This document shows, one piece after another, positions 1 to 9,415 of a stretch of DNA of 64,000 bases (the first letter of the stretch is position 1; the number at the start of each line of letters is the position of its first letter). The position numbers and the translations under genes are program-made. Origin of the DNA: an uncultured Parafilimonas sp. (GTDB taxonomy: Bacteria; Bacteroidota; Bacteroidia; Chitinophagales; Chitinophagaceae); contig CALAGJ010000111.1 of the NCBI GenBank assembly GCA_937892395.1, positions 2,039 to 66,038 of the forward strand, written 5' to 3'. The notes under the pieces are model-generated. The model did not search any database. It was not told the origin of the DNA and saw only the letters and a list, made by a program, of their open reading frames with translations.

Positions 1-1
1 A

Positions 2-241
2 TTTCAATTTGATACTGATATAGATGTCAGAAGATGGTATAGCGGATATATTTCAGTTAAGCAATCTATAACTACAAAGAATGATATGCCAAAAGGTATC
101 TATGATATGTACCTTTTTCTACCTGATAAATATGCTTCTATCAGTAATAGAGTGGAGTATGCTATAAGGCTGGCAAATGATAATGTATGGGATAATGCAA
201 CAGGTTATAATAAGTTAAATTTTAGTATAACAGTTGAGTAA
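2..241 (+). CDS. partial CDS (5' end outside window): C-terminal fragment of a DUF4832-like / glycoside-hydrolase-like protein
   Basis: Frame is open from position 2 to TAA at 239-241. It is absent from the ORF track because it has no start codon. Translation ends ...YDMYLFLPDKYASISNRVEYAIRLANDNVWDNATGYNKLNFSITVE*. The AIRLAN..VW...TGYN.L tail matches my recollection of DUF4832 C-termini; this is recollection only. Confidence 0.35.
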   Translation, partial: FQFDTDIDVRRWYSGYISVKQSITTKNDMPKGIYDMYLFLPDKYASISNRVEYAIRLANDNVWDNATGYNKLNFSITVE

Positions 242-259
242 GGTTATTAAAAAAAGTAG

Positions 260-1171
260 TCAGTTATTATAAAAACTTTCTACATCTTTTTTATAAAACA
301 TACCAATATCAAATCTCATACAATTGGCTGCTCCACATGCTGCACCCATTTTTGCAATATCGTTGTATGAAAATTTTCTTGCCGATGCGGTTACAATGCC
401 TGCCAACAGTGCATCTCCACAACCTACTGTACTAATTACTTCATCTACTTTGTACACAGCATGTGCTACTTGTTTTGCATCATAAAGATATAAACCCTCT
501 TTTCCCGCAGTTAATGCAAGTTGTGTTGTAAACTGTAAAAAGAATTCTTCTATCTGCAAGCCTGTAGGGCAAATATCTTTTGCTTCTTGCTGATTGATAT
601 GAATACCAAATGGATGATGGGAAAGTGCTTGCTGCAGGGCTTCTCCAGCACAATCAATCCATACGGGTATATTATTTTTATTGGCCGCATCTATAAATAT
701 TCCATTAGGATCTATATTGGCTCCTGGAGGCCATGACCCACTTACAACTATATGTGATGCTTTGGATAAATAGGTAGTATATGTGTCAAAAAATTGCTTG
801 TATATTTCATTATTTATTTGAGGTCCATTTTCCAAAAATTCAGTGTGTAATATAGATTCGTTTTTACTCAATACTGCAATGCAATTTCTATTGTCTTCTG
901 CTATATAGACACCATCACAATATACATTCTTCTGTTCACATGCTGCTCTTGCCCATTTGCCTGTACTACCGCCCCAAATGCCCAGTAGTGTTACATTTTC
1001 ACCAAGCTCAGCAATATTTATTGCTACATGTACTCCCTTGCCTCCAGGAAATTTGTGTTGCTGTTTTATTCTATTCAAGTCTCCAAATTTGATGGTGTCC
1101 ATTTCCCAATAAATATCGACGGACGGATTAGGGCAAACTACAAGTATCATACTAAAATGGGATTGCTTCAA
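260..1171 (-). CDS. PfkB-family hexose-phosphate kinase (1-phosphofructokinase / tagatose-6-phosphate kinase, LacC/FruK-like)
   Basis: 303-aa ORF. Has N-terminal VCPNPSVD, GGKGVHVA, and C-terminal GCGDALLAG, all typical of the LacC/FruK branch of PfkB kinases. Overlaps the upstream ORF by 20 nt, suggesting an operon. Confidence 0.85.
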   Translation of the reverse strand: MKQSHFSMILVVCPNPSVDIYWEMDTIKFGDLNRIKQQHKFPGGKGVHVAINIAELGENVTLLGIWGGSTGKWARAACEQKNVYCDGVYIAEDNRNCIAVLSKNESILHTEFLENGPQINNEIYKQFFDTYTTYLSKASHIVVSGSWPPGANIDPNGIFIDAANKNNIPVWIDCAGEALQQALSHHPFGIHINQQEAKDICPTGLQIEEFFLQFTTQLALTAGKEGLYLYDAKQVAHAVYKVDEVISTVGCGDALLAGIVTASARKFSYNDIAKMGAACGAANCMRFDIGMFYKKDVESFYNN

Positions 1172-3209
1172 GCAATAAAAATTGATTGAAAGAGACAGGT
1201 ATTGAGGAATGATTTACATCTACTATTCCAAGCTCTTGGTTATTGTAGTAGTCAACTACTCTGTATTTTTTTTGTTTGTCTAAACCAAGTAGATTCACTT
1301 TGCTGTTGTATGAATTTGCATAAAAAGAATAATATAACGTATCTGCTTTTTTTAAGCAATGTGCTTCGGGAAAATCATATCCTATATCATATAAATTACC
1401 TAAATAGTTTGCTTTGCTGAGTTGCTTTTCATTATATATCTGTATCCATTTTTTAAAATAGATTTCTTTTTCGGGTGAAAGAAAATTTTCATCCTTACTA
1501 CTTATACCTGTTGCCGGCCAAACGAATTTCGTACCCGGCACTGCCCCAATGCCTACTTGCGATGCGAAGTCTTGCTTATTGTCTGTAAGCTCCACATGAT
1601 CTCCAAAGTAAGCTGTGGCAGGCATTATAGCTTTATAAACTTTTCCTTTTAATCTTACTTGCCAGCTACTTAAAGGATCACTGGCTACAAACTGATTAGT
1701 ATATGGCATATGATAAAAACTCATACAATCCCCACAGGGGCAAAATTCTACAACTGCATTAGGTTTTATGCTTCTTGCCGTTTCAAATATTGTTTTGAAT
1801 ATCATCGGCATTTGCTCAAAACTTTGTTCAGGGTTTGTTATATTGTGATTCTCTTGATAGTCAGGGGCACATGCATTCATGTGCTGGCCATCTAATTTTA
1901 ATGCATCAAATCCCCAGTCTTCTAAAAATAATTTTACAGCATCTTTTGTTGCTTTTATAGTTCCTGCATAAGTAGGTGCCATCATGTATGCATCCCACCA
2001 GGTAATATATTGCGGTGCTCCATCAGCTTGAATCAATAATAGATTAGCATCATCTTTCAAAATTTTACTGTTAGGATCTGCAGCCAATGGAGCCCACCAT
2101 AACACAGCTTTTAAGCCATGTGCATGTATGCTGTCTACAAATTTTTTCATGTCTGCATCACCATTTTCAAACCTGTTTTTATTGGCATGCCAGTCCCCCT
2201 CGGCTTCTTGATATCCATCATCTAATCCCACCCATTTTATTCCTAATTCTTTCACCTTTGGAAGCGTGTTTAAAATCTCTTGGATGGTAAAATTTCTTTC
2301 ATAACCCCATGCACACCATATTGGCTCAAATGCCTGTGGTTCTTGGGCCGGAGCTACTATCCCTTTGGTTTGCATATAATTTGAAAACATAGAAAGTGTT
2401 TGAAAACAGTCTTTTGTGTGTACAGAAATAAATGTTTCAATACTACTCAATGTATCTCCGCGTTCAAAGGCCATAGCCTCAGGGTATTCATATTCAATAT
2501 GCATATCTGCTTTGCTGCTATTTTCATCAAAATCCACTGGTAGAGAAACGAGTTTGGCTACAGTTTCTGTATGCCCAATTGCAATGCCGGCATCTTTTCT
2601 CCATAAATCAATAACTGGTATGCCACCTCCATAATCAACAGCATTCATACCCATAAAATTTTCCTGATAAAACCCCACATTTACTTTTTGTATCCAGTCT
2701 GCTCTATCTGCATTTGAGCTTCCCTGAAAGCTCCAGAATTTTGTAGTGTCAGTAGAAGGAATGATGGAATATTTGTGATTGATCCATTTATGTATCTGAA
2801 TATTTTTTGATCCCAAATTAATATAATGCGACTTAAAAAAAGCAGTATTTGGAAATTGATTGTAGGTAGTAATTTGCAATATTTTTTCAAGATTATGTAC
2901 TTTATCTATCCCAAAAATTAAATACTGCAATCCTTTCCCCGATTGCGTTTCAATCGGCCGAATGATTTTTTTTGTAAATGTAAAATCTGTTGCATCATAA
3001 TATTTTGTTTGCAATATCTCTGAAGCACTGAAATCACTCATCAGCTTTTTGGAGAAAGGAAATTCTGCATCAATTTTTGTGTGCAGTGCTGCATCTATTG
3101 TAATATATAAATGCTCATTATGAATACTCACTGTTTGTGCAGCTATGGGAAATGAAATACAAATCAGAATGCCTCCAATGATTGAATTTTTTTTTATTGT
3201 ATGTAACAT
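1152..3209 (-). CDS. exported clan GH-D glycoside hydrolase (alpha-galactosidase / alpha-N-acetylgalactosaminidase-like, GH36/GH27-type core)
   Basis: 685-aa ORF with signal peptide MLHTIKKNSIIGGILICISFPIAAQ. Core motifs WCAWGYE, VGLDDGYQ and ALKLDGQ resemble the DDGW and K-x-D nucleophile regions of melibiase-type (beta/alpha)8 enzymes. The family assignment within the clan is uncertain. Confidence 0.7.
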   Translation of the reverse strand: MLHTIKKNSIIGGILICISFPIAAQTVSIHNEHLYITIDAALHTKIDAEFPFSKKLMSDFSASEILQTKYYDATDFTFTKKIIRPIETQSGKGLQYLIFGIDKVHNLEKILQITTYNQFPNTAFFKSHYINLGSKNIQIHKWINHKYSIIPSTDTTKFWSFQGSSNADRADWIQKVNVGFYQENFMGMNAVDYGGGIPVIDLWRKDAGIAIGHTETVAKLVSLPVDFDENSSKADMHIEYEYPEAMAFERGDTLSSIETFISVHTKDCFQTLSMFSNYMQTKGIVAPAQEPQAFEPIWCAWGYERNFTIQEILNTLPKVKELGIKWVGLDDGYQEAEGDWHANKNRFENGDADMKKFVDSIHAHGLKAVLWWAPLAADPNSKILKDDANLLLIQADGAPQYITWWDAYMMAPTYAGTIKATKDAVKLFLEDWGFDALKLDGQHMNACAPDYQENHNITNPEQSFEQMPMIFKTIFETARSIKPNAVVEFCPCGDCMSFYHMPYTNQFVASDPLSSWQVRLKGKVYKAIMPATAYFGDHVELTDNKQDFASQVGIGAVPGTKFVWPATGISSKDENFLSPEKEIYFKKWIQIYNEKQLSKANYLGNLYDIGYDFPEAHCLKKADTLYYSFYANSYNSKVNLLGLDKQKKYRVVDYYNNQELGIVDVNHSSIPVSFNQFLLLEAIPF

Positions 3210-3212
3210 AGT

Positions 3213-4289
3213 CTATTGGTGTAAAATTTTCATAGCATTAGTTTGATAGAGCTTTTGCAATATTTCTTTAGACAAATCAAGTCCATACAAAGGCCAATGA
3301 TAATTGAATAAATCTATTTCGTAAAAATGCTCATCTGCGGATTCAAGTATTCTATATGTGATGTTATACATAGATGCATCTGTACCCATGTCTGTACCAT
3401 ATAATAATTTGTCTTGGTACTTCGTAATGAAGGCAGCAGTATATCGGGGTACAGGAGCTATTTCTGCAAATCTTGCAGCAATATCTGCATACAGGTTTGG
3501 ATACTTATCCAGTAAATTACCAATCATACTAAGGTTACTACAGCAGTTGGCTAAATGACATGCTATGAAAATTGTTTCGGGGTTTTCCTTGACTGCATTT
3601 TCTAAAGTTGCCACTAATGCATCATGATTTAGTTTGTTTGGCAGGTATAGATTGACATGCCATTGTGCAGCATTCATCAAACCATCATTTGTAGAATCAG
3701 GTGCATTATACATCCATTCATCTTCTGCCACATGTATGCTTATGGGCATGTGTAGTTGGGCACATTTTTGAAGAATTGGTTTCATTTTAATATCATCAAT
3801 ATGCACGCCGATGCCAGGCGTAGGCATTGCATATTCATCACCAATACCTTTATCCCCTATCTCACCAACGCCCCTCGCACCTTTTAAATAGCATCGCTCT
3901 AATTCTTTAAGCGCATTTAGTTCCCAACCCTCTTTCTCAAATCCGGTATAATCAAAGCCACACCATAGTTCAAACCTGTCTAAATGATTTTTATACTTTG
4001 TTACAATTGTGTCAAAACTTTTCCCGGTAGCACCTGTTAGCAAAATTGTTTTTTTTATTCCTGCTACATCCATAGTATGAATCCATTCCTCAATATCTGC
4101 CTGTGTTGCTGCATAGTTATGACTATGTATATCAATTACAGGAAAAGCAGCTTTTGTTATATGAGCGGATGGTATATGATAAATAGAAACGGGTCTATAG
4201 TTTTTTAATTCTATATCAGTAGTAGGCTGACTATATGCACTACTATTTATCAAAAATACCATGCTGATATAGGGATAGATTTTTTTCAT
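3213..4289 (-). CDS. exported metal-dependent amidohydrolase (TIM-barrel, Amidohydro_2-like)
   Basis: 358-aa ORF. Has an N-terminal hydrophobic signal (MKKIYPYISMVFLINSSAYSQ), an HxH metal motif (VIDIHSH), and later ISIHVAED and YGTDMG. Only 4 nt separate it from the downstream gene, and it overlaps the upstream one by 4 nt. Confidence 0.7.
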   Translation of the reverse strand: MKKIYPYISMVFLINSSAYSQPTTDIELKNYRPVSIYHIPSAHITKAAFPVIDIHSHNYAATQADIEEWIHTMDVAGIKKTILLTGATGKSFDTIVTKYKNHLDRFELWCGFDYTGFEKEGWELNALKELERCYLKGARGVGEIGDKGIGDEYAMPTPGIGVHIDDIKMKPILQKCAQLHMPISIHVAEDEWMYNAPDSTNDGLMNAAQWHVNLYLPNKLNHDALVATLENAVKENPETIFIACHLANCCSNLSMIGNLLDKYPNLYADIAARFAEIAPVPRYTAAFITKYQDKLLYGTDMGTDASMYNITYRILESADEHFYEIDLFNYHWPLYGLDLSKEILQKLYQTNAMKILHQ

Positions 4290-5101
4290 CCGTTGATTGT
4301 ATTTAATTTTTTTGAAATGAGTTGTACAACATCATCAATTGCTTTAGGGAATATTTTTCGGAGGTCAATTTCATCTGTATTAGCCAGTAGCTGCTGTAGT
4401 TTTTTCATAAATGTATTTTTTGTTTCTGTGGCTAAATTAATTTTATTTATGCCTGCTTTAATAGCTGCCTTTAGCTGCTCATCAGGTATACCGCTACTGC
4501 CATGTAAGACCAAAGCACAGTTGGTCACAGCCCTTATCTCTTTGAGCCTATCTAATCTAATTTTTGGTATTTGTTTGTAAAAGCCATGTGCATTTCCAAT
4601 GGCTATGGCCAGTGCATCTACACCTGTTTCATTTACAAAATATGCTGCATCTGTTGCATTGGTTGGCTCAGCTTCTTGTTCTTGGCCAAGTTTTGCTATA
4701 TACCCTAATTCTGCTTCTACACTTGCATTGTAAGCTTCAGCCAATTTCACTACTTCTTTTGTAATTTGTATATTTTCTTTTAAGGGTTTTTCGCTTGCAT
4801 CTATCATTACACTGTCAAAGCCTGCATCTAAGCATTTTTTTACTAAAGTTATATTGCTTCCATGATCTAAATGAATCCATCCTTGTACATCATACTCATT
4901 TAGCATAACCCTTGCCATTGACACAGCAGGAGCTATGGATAAATACTCTAAAGAACTTTCACTCAATTGCAAAATAATACTACTATCAGTAGCTTTTGCT
5001 GCCAGCACTAATCCCTTCAGTGTTTCGAAATTATAAAAGTTTGCAGCCAGCAAAGCTGTACAATTTCTAGTACAATTTGCTAATTTGTTTTTCATATTCA
5101 T
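4286..5101 (-). CDS. class II ketose-bisphosphate aldolase (tagatose-1,6-bisphosphate aldolase, KbaY/GatY-like)
   Basis: Motifs HLDHG, GNAHG and LVLHGSSGIP are diagnostic of class II FBP/TBP aldolases. The ORF-track start at 5131 is a TTG. The first ATG codons are at 5101 and 5095. Confidence 0.85.
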   Translation of the reverse strand: MNMKNKLANCTRNCTALLAANFYNFETLKGLVLAAKATDSSIILQLSESSLEYLSIAPAVSMARVMLNEYDVQGWIHLDHGSNITLVKKCLDAGFDSVMIDASEKPLKENIQITKEVVKLAEAYNASVEAELGYIAKLGQEQEAEPTNATDAAYFVNETGVDALAIAIGNAHGFYKQIPKIRLDRLKEIRAVTNCALVLHGSSGIPDEQLKAAIKAGINKINLATETKNTFMKKLQQLLANTDEIDLRKIFPKAIDDVVQLISKKLNTING

Positions 5102-6050
5102 TGATATCAAATTTAAATTTTTGCAATGCAATTCTCTTCACAGTATCTATATCTGCAAATGCAGTGGTGCCGCCTCTTTTAGTGGTATTAATTGCTCCGC
5201 AAAGCGCTGCAAATTCTGCACAGCGGTGTACCGTTTCATCCTTTAAATATTGATGAATAAAGCCTGCATCAAAACTATCTCCGGCACCTATGGCATCAGC
5301 TACCTTATGATTGGTGAAAGCGGGTTGTAGAAATAAGTTATTTGATGTAACAATAGTAGCTCCGTCTGCGCCATTTTTTACTACCAATACAGTGCAATAC
5401 TCTTTTATAGATGCAATGGCATCTTTCATAGTTGACTGGTTTGTAATATTTTTTAGTTCTTCATAATTGGGTAAAAAAATGTCAACATACTTTAAGAGGT
5501 CTTTCCAATTGCAGTCCCATTTTTCTGCGGGATCCCATTGCGGATCGAGTGATGTAGTGAGGCCCTGTTTTTTTGCTCTTTGAAACAATTGTACCAATCC
5601 TTTTTTTAATTCAGATTGTAAAAAAATAGAACTTACGTGCAGGTGGGTAGCAGAGCTGAGCATTTCATCAGTTACATCCTTTTCCCTGAGCTCGTTCATG
5701 GCACCAGGGTAAGTTATCATGGCACGATCGTTATTAAAATTAAAGGCAACGCTAATTCCCGTAGCCGCAGTATTGCTTCGTTTAATAAAATTTACATCAA
5801 CACCTTTCAAAGTAAGATCTGCCAATATTTTATTGGCAAAACTGTCTTTACCTATCTTGCCACAAAAACAAACAGATGTACCCAATACACTGAGATTGCT
5901 GGCAAAAATTGCCGAACTACTTCCCAAAGTAAAAGTCATTTTATCTGCAATAATTTCTTTGCCAATTTGAGGAAGCCTTTCAATTTGATCTAATATTAAA
6001 TCTACATTTAGTTCACCCACTACTAATACATCAAATTTTTTATTAGTCAT
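5067..6050 (-). CDS. PfkB-family sugar kinase (ribokinase/fructokinase-like)
   Basis: Has N-terminal FDVLVVGELNVDL and C-terminal DAIGAGDSFDAGF, the PfkB signature 2. The ATG at 6050 gives the canonical MTNKKFDVLVVG start. An upstream ATG at 6092 is also possible. Confidence 0.85.
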   Translation of the reverse strand: MTNKKFDVLVVGELNVDLILDQIERLPQIGKEIIADKMTFTLGSSSAIFASNLSVLGTSVCFCGKIGKDSFANKILADLTLKGVDVNFIKRSNTAATGISVAFNFNNDRAMITYPGAMNELREKDVTDEMLSSATHLHVSSIFLQSELKKGLVQLFQRAKKQGLTTSLDPQWDPAEKWDCNWKDLLKYVDIFLPNYEELKNITNQSTMKDAIASIKEYCTVLVVKNGADGATIVTSNNLFLQPAFTNHKVADAIGAGDSFDAGFIHQYLKDETVHRCAEFAALCGAINTTKRGGTTAFADIDTVKRIALQKFKFDINEYEKQISKLY

Positions 6051-6151
6051 TATTCTAATTTTATTTTTATACTTTTTAAGTGTATTACACATTCAGAAAA
6101 CTCTGATATAGATTTATACAATGGTTTAAAGGGTTGTTACTGCTGTCAATT

Positions 6152-7312
6152 TTATACTTCAACAGAGTAAATTTTTACACCTTGCACAACTCTGGAAATT
6201 GCACCACTTACCGATGGTGCATCTGGCATAAGACCAATCTGAAGGCTCTTATAAAAACCTAATATTTGAGCAGGTATTATACTGCACAATGGTAAAAAAT
6301 CTTCAGCAATCATATATTCTCCCGGGAAATTTATTTGTGTATCAGTATCAATATTTTCAACTTTATTTTCAGCTACGCCAATCTGAAACATAACTGCATT
6401 ACCCTTTTTCATGGCATGTACTAAATCTGTTTCATATTGTCGAATATGTTCATCATTAATAAAAAAATATACAACAAGTGTGGTGTCATCTATGACAGAT
6501 TTGGGCCCATGTCTAAAACCAAGATAGGTGTCTGATTTGCATATAATTTGGCCATCTGTAAGTTCTTGTAATTTCAGTGCGGCTTCTGTGGCAGTACCAA
6601 ATAAGGCCCCGGATCCAAGAAATACTGCTCTTTGAAAATGTTTCTCAGCTATATCTTTTAATTCAGTAGTTTGTGTAGTAATAATTTGACTTGATGCATT
6701 TGCTACCCGCATTAATTGCTGAGTACAAAATTCCTTTTGTTCTCTATATGCTATCAATAACCCTGTCAATAGCATAGATGTGTAACTTCCTGTCATTGCC
6801 AAGCTCTTATCATTTGTATCCATAGGTAAGTTGATGACATGTATTGGGTTTTTTGATGTATAGTTTGATAGTGCCCCATCTTTATTACAAGTGATGATTA
6901 GATGAAAACATTTTTTAGTAAAGGAATCGGCCAAATCTAATGCGGCACAACTTTCGGGGCTATTTCCGCTTCTTGCAAAGGAGATGATCAATGGTGTTTG
7001 ATGTGCATTTAAATAGTTGTGCGGATGCGATACAAGGTCTGTTGTAGATATTGCATTGGATATTATTCCTGTATTTCTAAAAAAAGCACCCTGAAGAGAT
7101 AGGCCAATAAAAGCACTTGTGCCGGCACCTGTAAGTATAATTTGATTGGACTGAGCTAAAGCCGTTTTCAAAAAAGTATTGATCTCAGTATTTTCTTCAT
7201 AAAATTTTTTTGCAGTTTGATTCCAGATATCAGGTTGCCCCTCAATTTCTTTTGCTGTAAAGAGGGCACCTTTTTCTCTTAGCTCATCCTCAGTAAACTG
7301 TAGATATTTCAT
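6152..7312 (-). CDS. agaS: SIS-domain galactosamine-6-phosphate deaminase/isomerase AgaS
   Basis: 386 aa, collinear with E. coli AgaS as I recall it. Shared motifs: ILTGAGTSAFIG, LISFARSGNSPES, ITCN..GAL, GFRHGPKS..DD.TLVV, and PDAPSVSGAISRVVQGV at the C-terminus. Confidence 0.85.
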   Translation of the reverse strand: MKYLQFTEDELREKGALFTAKEIEGQPDIWNQTAKKFYEENTEINTFLKTALAQSNQIILTGAGTSAFIGLSLQGAFFRNTGIISNAISTTDLVSHPHNYLNAHQTPLIISFARSGNSPESCAALDLADSFTKKCFHLIITCNKDGALSNYTSKNPIHVINLPMDTNDKSLAMTGSYTSMLLTGLLIAYREQKEFCTQQLMRVANASSQIITTQTTELKDIAEKHFQRAVFLGSGALFGTATEAALKLQELTDGQIICKSDTYLGFRHGPKSVIDDTTLVVYFFINDEHIRQYETDLVHAMKKGNAVMFQIGVAENKVENIDTDTQINFPGEYMIAEDFLPLCSIIPAQILGFYKSLQIGLMPDAPSVSGAISRVVQGVKIYSVEV

Positions 7313-7329
7313 ATCAAAAAATTATGCTA

Positions 7330-7337
7330 CAAAGCTA
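7330..7337 (-). promoter_or_regulatory. candidate Bacteroidota -7 box (TAGCTTTG) for the aga-like operon
   Basis: CAAAGCTA on the + strand reads TAGCTTTG on the - strand. It lies 17 nt upstream of the agaS ATG and matches the TAnnTTTG consensus. Confidence 0.35.
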
Positions 7338-7452
7338 AGGAAATATTTTTATAACTTTCAATATCTTACGAATAAATTTCATAAACTTATTTTTATATTA
7401 TTAATAATTTCTAATATTGCTACTATTATTTATTTAAAAAAAATTATTCACA

Positions 7453-9312
7453 ATGAAAAAAATGAGCACATCTTCTGCAAGATTGTTGGTTCTTTTGGGA
7501 GTAGTTACACTACTATCTACACAGTGTTTTGCTACAACTTACTATGTAAATGCGGTCACTGGAAATGATGCAAATGCTGGTGTTTCTGCGGCATCTCCAT
7601 TACTAACAGTGCAAAAAGGATTGGACAAAGCAACTGCTGCTGGTGATATTATTTTAGTATCTCCGGGTACTTACAAACAAAATTTGGTTTGGAAATATTC
7701 TGGTACGGCTACACAAAAAATTACACTTCAAAAAAATGGAGTAGGTACTGTATTTTTAAAATCTGCTGATGCATCTACAAGTCCTGTTATACAAATCACA
7801 AATTTTAGTAATATCATTATTGATGGTTTTACTATAACAAGAGATAATGTAAAAAATAATGCACAAGGTATTTTAGTCAATTCTTCCGGAACAGTGTCAA
7901 TGCAAAACATTGAAATTAGGAATTGTACATTTACTGCTATAAGCTGGAGTACAAACCCAAATGTAAAGCCTACCACAAGCCAAAATGCGCAGCCATTAAT
8001 TGTATATGGAAGATCAAGCCAGCCAATTCAAAATATAAACGTACACCATTGTGATTTTAATAATAACATTACAGGGCAAAGCGAAGTGTGTTCTTTTAAC
8101 TCAAATATTAATGGCTTCTCAGCTACCAACAATACCCTGCACGACAATACAAATATTGCGATTGACGTTATTGGCTATGAAGGTGAAAATAGTAACGTAA
8201 ATTTAGACCAGGCATATAATGGTATTATTGCTAATAATGTACTTTATGTAAATCAGAGCCCTTACGCAGAGGGGGCAAGTATTTATGTGGACGGAGGCAG
8301 AGCAATATTGATTGAAAACAATTTAATCAGAGATGGTGATTATGGAATAGAAATCAGTGCAGAAAATGATAAATCTACTATTGCATTTGAAACACAGGAT
8401 ATAACAGTAAGAAATAATTTAATCTATAACTGTAGAAGTGTAGGATTAAAAATCGGTAACTATAAAGGCAAATTACAAAATGCATTGGTCTGCGGAAATA
8501 CTTGCTTTTACAACAATAGAGGTGGGCGTAGAGATGGTGATGTAAATGGCACAAGTGCCAATGTAGGTGCTTGGGCAGAATTAGTTATTGACAATATGCA
8601 GGATGTAAAAATTAATAGCAATATTTTTTATGCAAGGGCTTCAAATACTGCAATGATTAATTCAGATGGTAACGCTTTAATCACAAATCTTACTATGAAT
8701 TATAATTTATGGAATAATAAAAACAATACAGCTGGCACTGCTTTAACTTTTCAGTATAAAATTAATGGTACCAATTATAATTACAACTCATACTCAACCT
8801 ATAAAACCAATAATACACTGAACTTTGATAAGCAGTCAAAATATGGAAATCCATCATTTGTATATGAAGGTATTTCAGGAAGTAATACGATTAATCCGGA
8901 CCTGCATATTCAGTCAGGATCTATAGCTATATCAGGGGGAGATCCCGCTGCAATAATAGGTACCAGCAGGGGCCAGTGGGGCAGCACAGATTACTTTGGA
9001 AATAACAGAAAAACTGGCATACTGGATATGGGTGCACACGAATTGATAACAGGAAGTTTTCCAGCAAAAAATAATATGCTGCTACCCCTACAAGTCTATC
9101 CAAACCCTGCGCAAAAGCAGGTGTATATAATTGGAATACCAGATGGCTTATTGCAAATAAAGATTATTGATGAACATGGATCTGTAGTGCAAACTGCATC
9201 TGCATCTACAGCCAAAACACCAATTGATATAAGCCAATTAAAAAGTAAATACTACTGGCTAAGTTTTAGTGTGCATGATCAAGCATATACAATCAAATTC
9301 TTTAAGCTGTAA
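7453..9312 (+). CDS. secreted right-handed parallel beta-helix protein (DUF1565/pectate-lyase-fold) with T9SS type-A C-terminal sorting domain
   Basis: Has a signal peptide. The N-terminus TYYVNAVTGNDANAG...PLLTVQKGLD...GDIILVSPGTYK is typical of DUF1565 beta-helix proteins. Contains many N-rich beta-helix turns. The C-terminus VYPNPAQKQVYI...KFFKL is a Por/T9SS CTD. Confidence 0.75.
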   Translation: MKKMSTSSARLLVLLGVVTLLSTQCFATTYYVNAVTGNDANAGVSAASPLLTVQKGLDKATAAGDIILVSPGTYKQNLVWKYSGTATQKITLQKNGVGTVFLKSADASTSPVIQITNFSNIIIDGFTITRDNVKNNAQGILVNSSGTVSMQNIEIRNCTFTAISWSTNPNVKPTTSQNAQPLIVYGRSSQPIQNINVHHCDFNNNITGQSEVCSFNSNINGFSATNNTLHDNTNIAIDVIGYEGENSNVNLDQAYNGIIANNVLYVNQSPYAEGASIYVDGGRAILIENNLIRDGDYGIEISAENDKSTIAFETQDITVRNNLIYNCRSVGLKIGNYKGKLQNALVCGNTCFYNNRGGRRDGDVNGTSANVGAWAELVIDNMQDVKINSNIFYARASNTAMINSDGNALITNLTMNYNLWNNKNNTAGTALTFQYKINGTNYNYNSYSTYKTNNTLNFDKQSKYGNPSFVYEGISGSNTINPDLHIQSGSIAISGGDPAAIIGTSRGQWGSTDYFGNNRKTGILDMGAHELITGSFPAKNNMLLPLQVYPNPAQKQVYIIGIPDGLLQIKIIDEHGSVVQTASASTAKTPIDISQLKSKYYWLSFSVHDQAYTIKFFKL

Positions 9313-9327
9313 ATATGGGTATTAAAT

Positions 9328-9360
9328 AAAGAAACCCGCCACGGCGGGTCTCTTTATTTT
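9328..9360. terminator. bidirectional rho-independent terminator
   Basis: Hairpin AAAGAAACCCGCC / GGCGGGTCTCTTT with 13-nt arms and one mismatch, flanked by A/T runs. It lies between convergent genes ending at 9312(+) and 9416(-). Confidence 0.75.
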
Positions 9361-9415
9361 GCACTTATCCTCAAAAAAATATGAGTTAATTCATCTTTAA
9401 TTTTCTTAAAATTTA

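Noticed and set aside
5067-5131. 65-nt overlap between the kinase and aldolase ORFs, considered as possible programmed frameshift or fusion
   Set aside because: The overlap comes from a TTG-initiated ORF-track extension. Using the first ATG (5101 or 5095) reduces it to about 30 nt, which is ordinary operon overlap.
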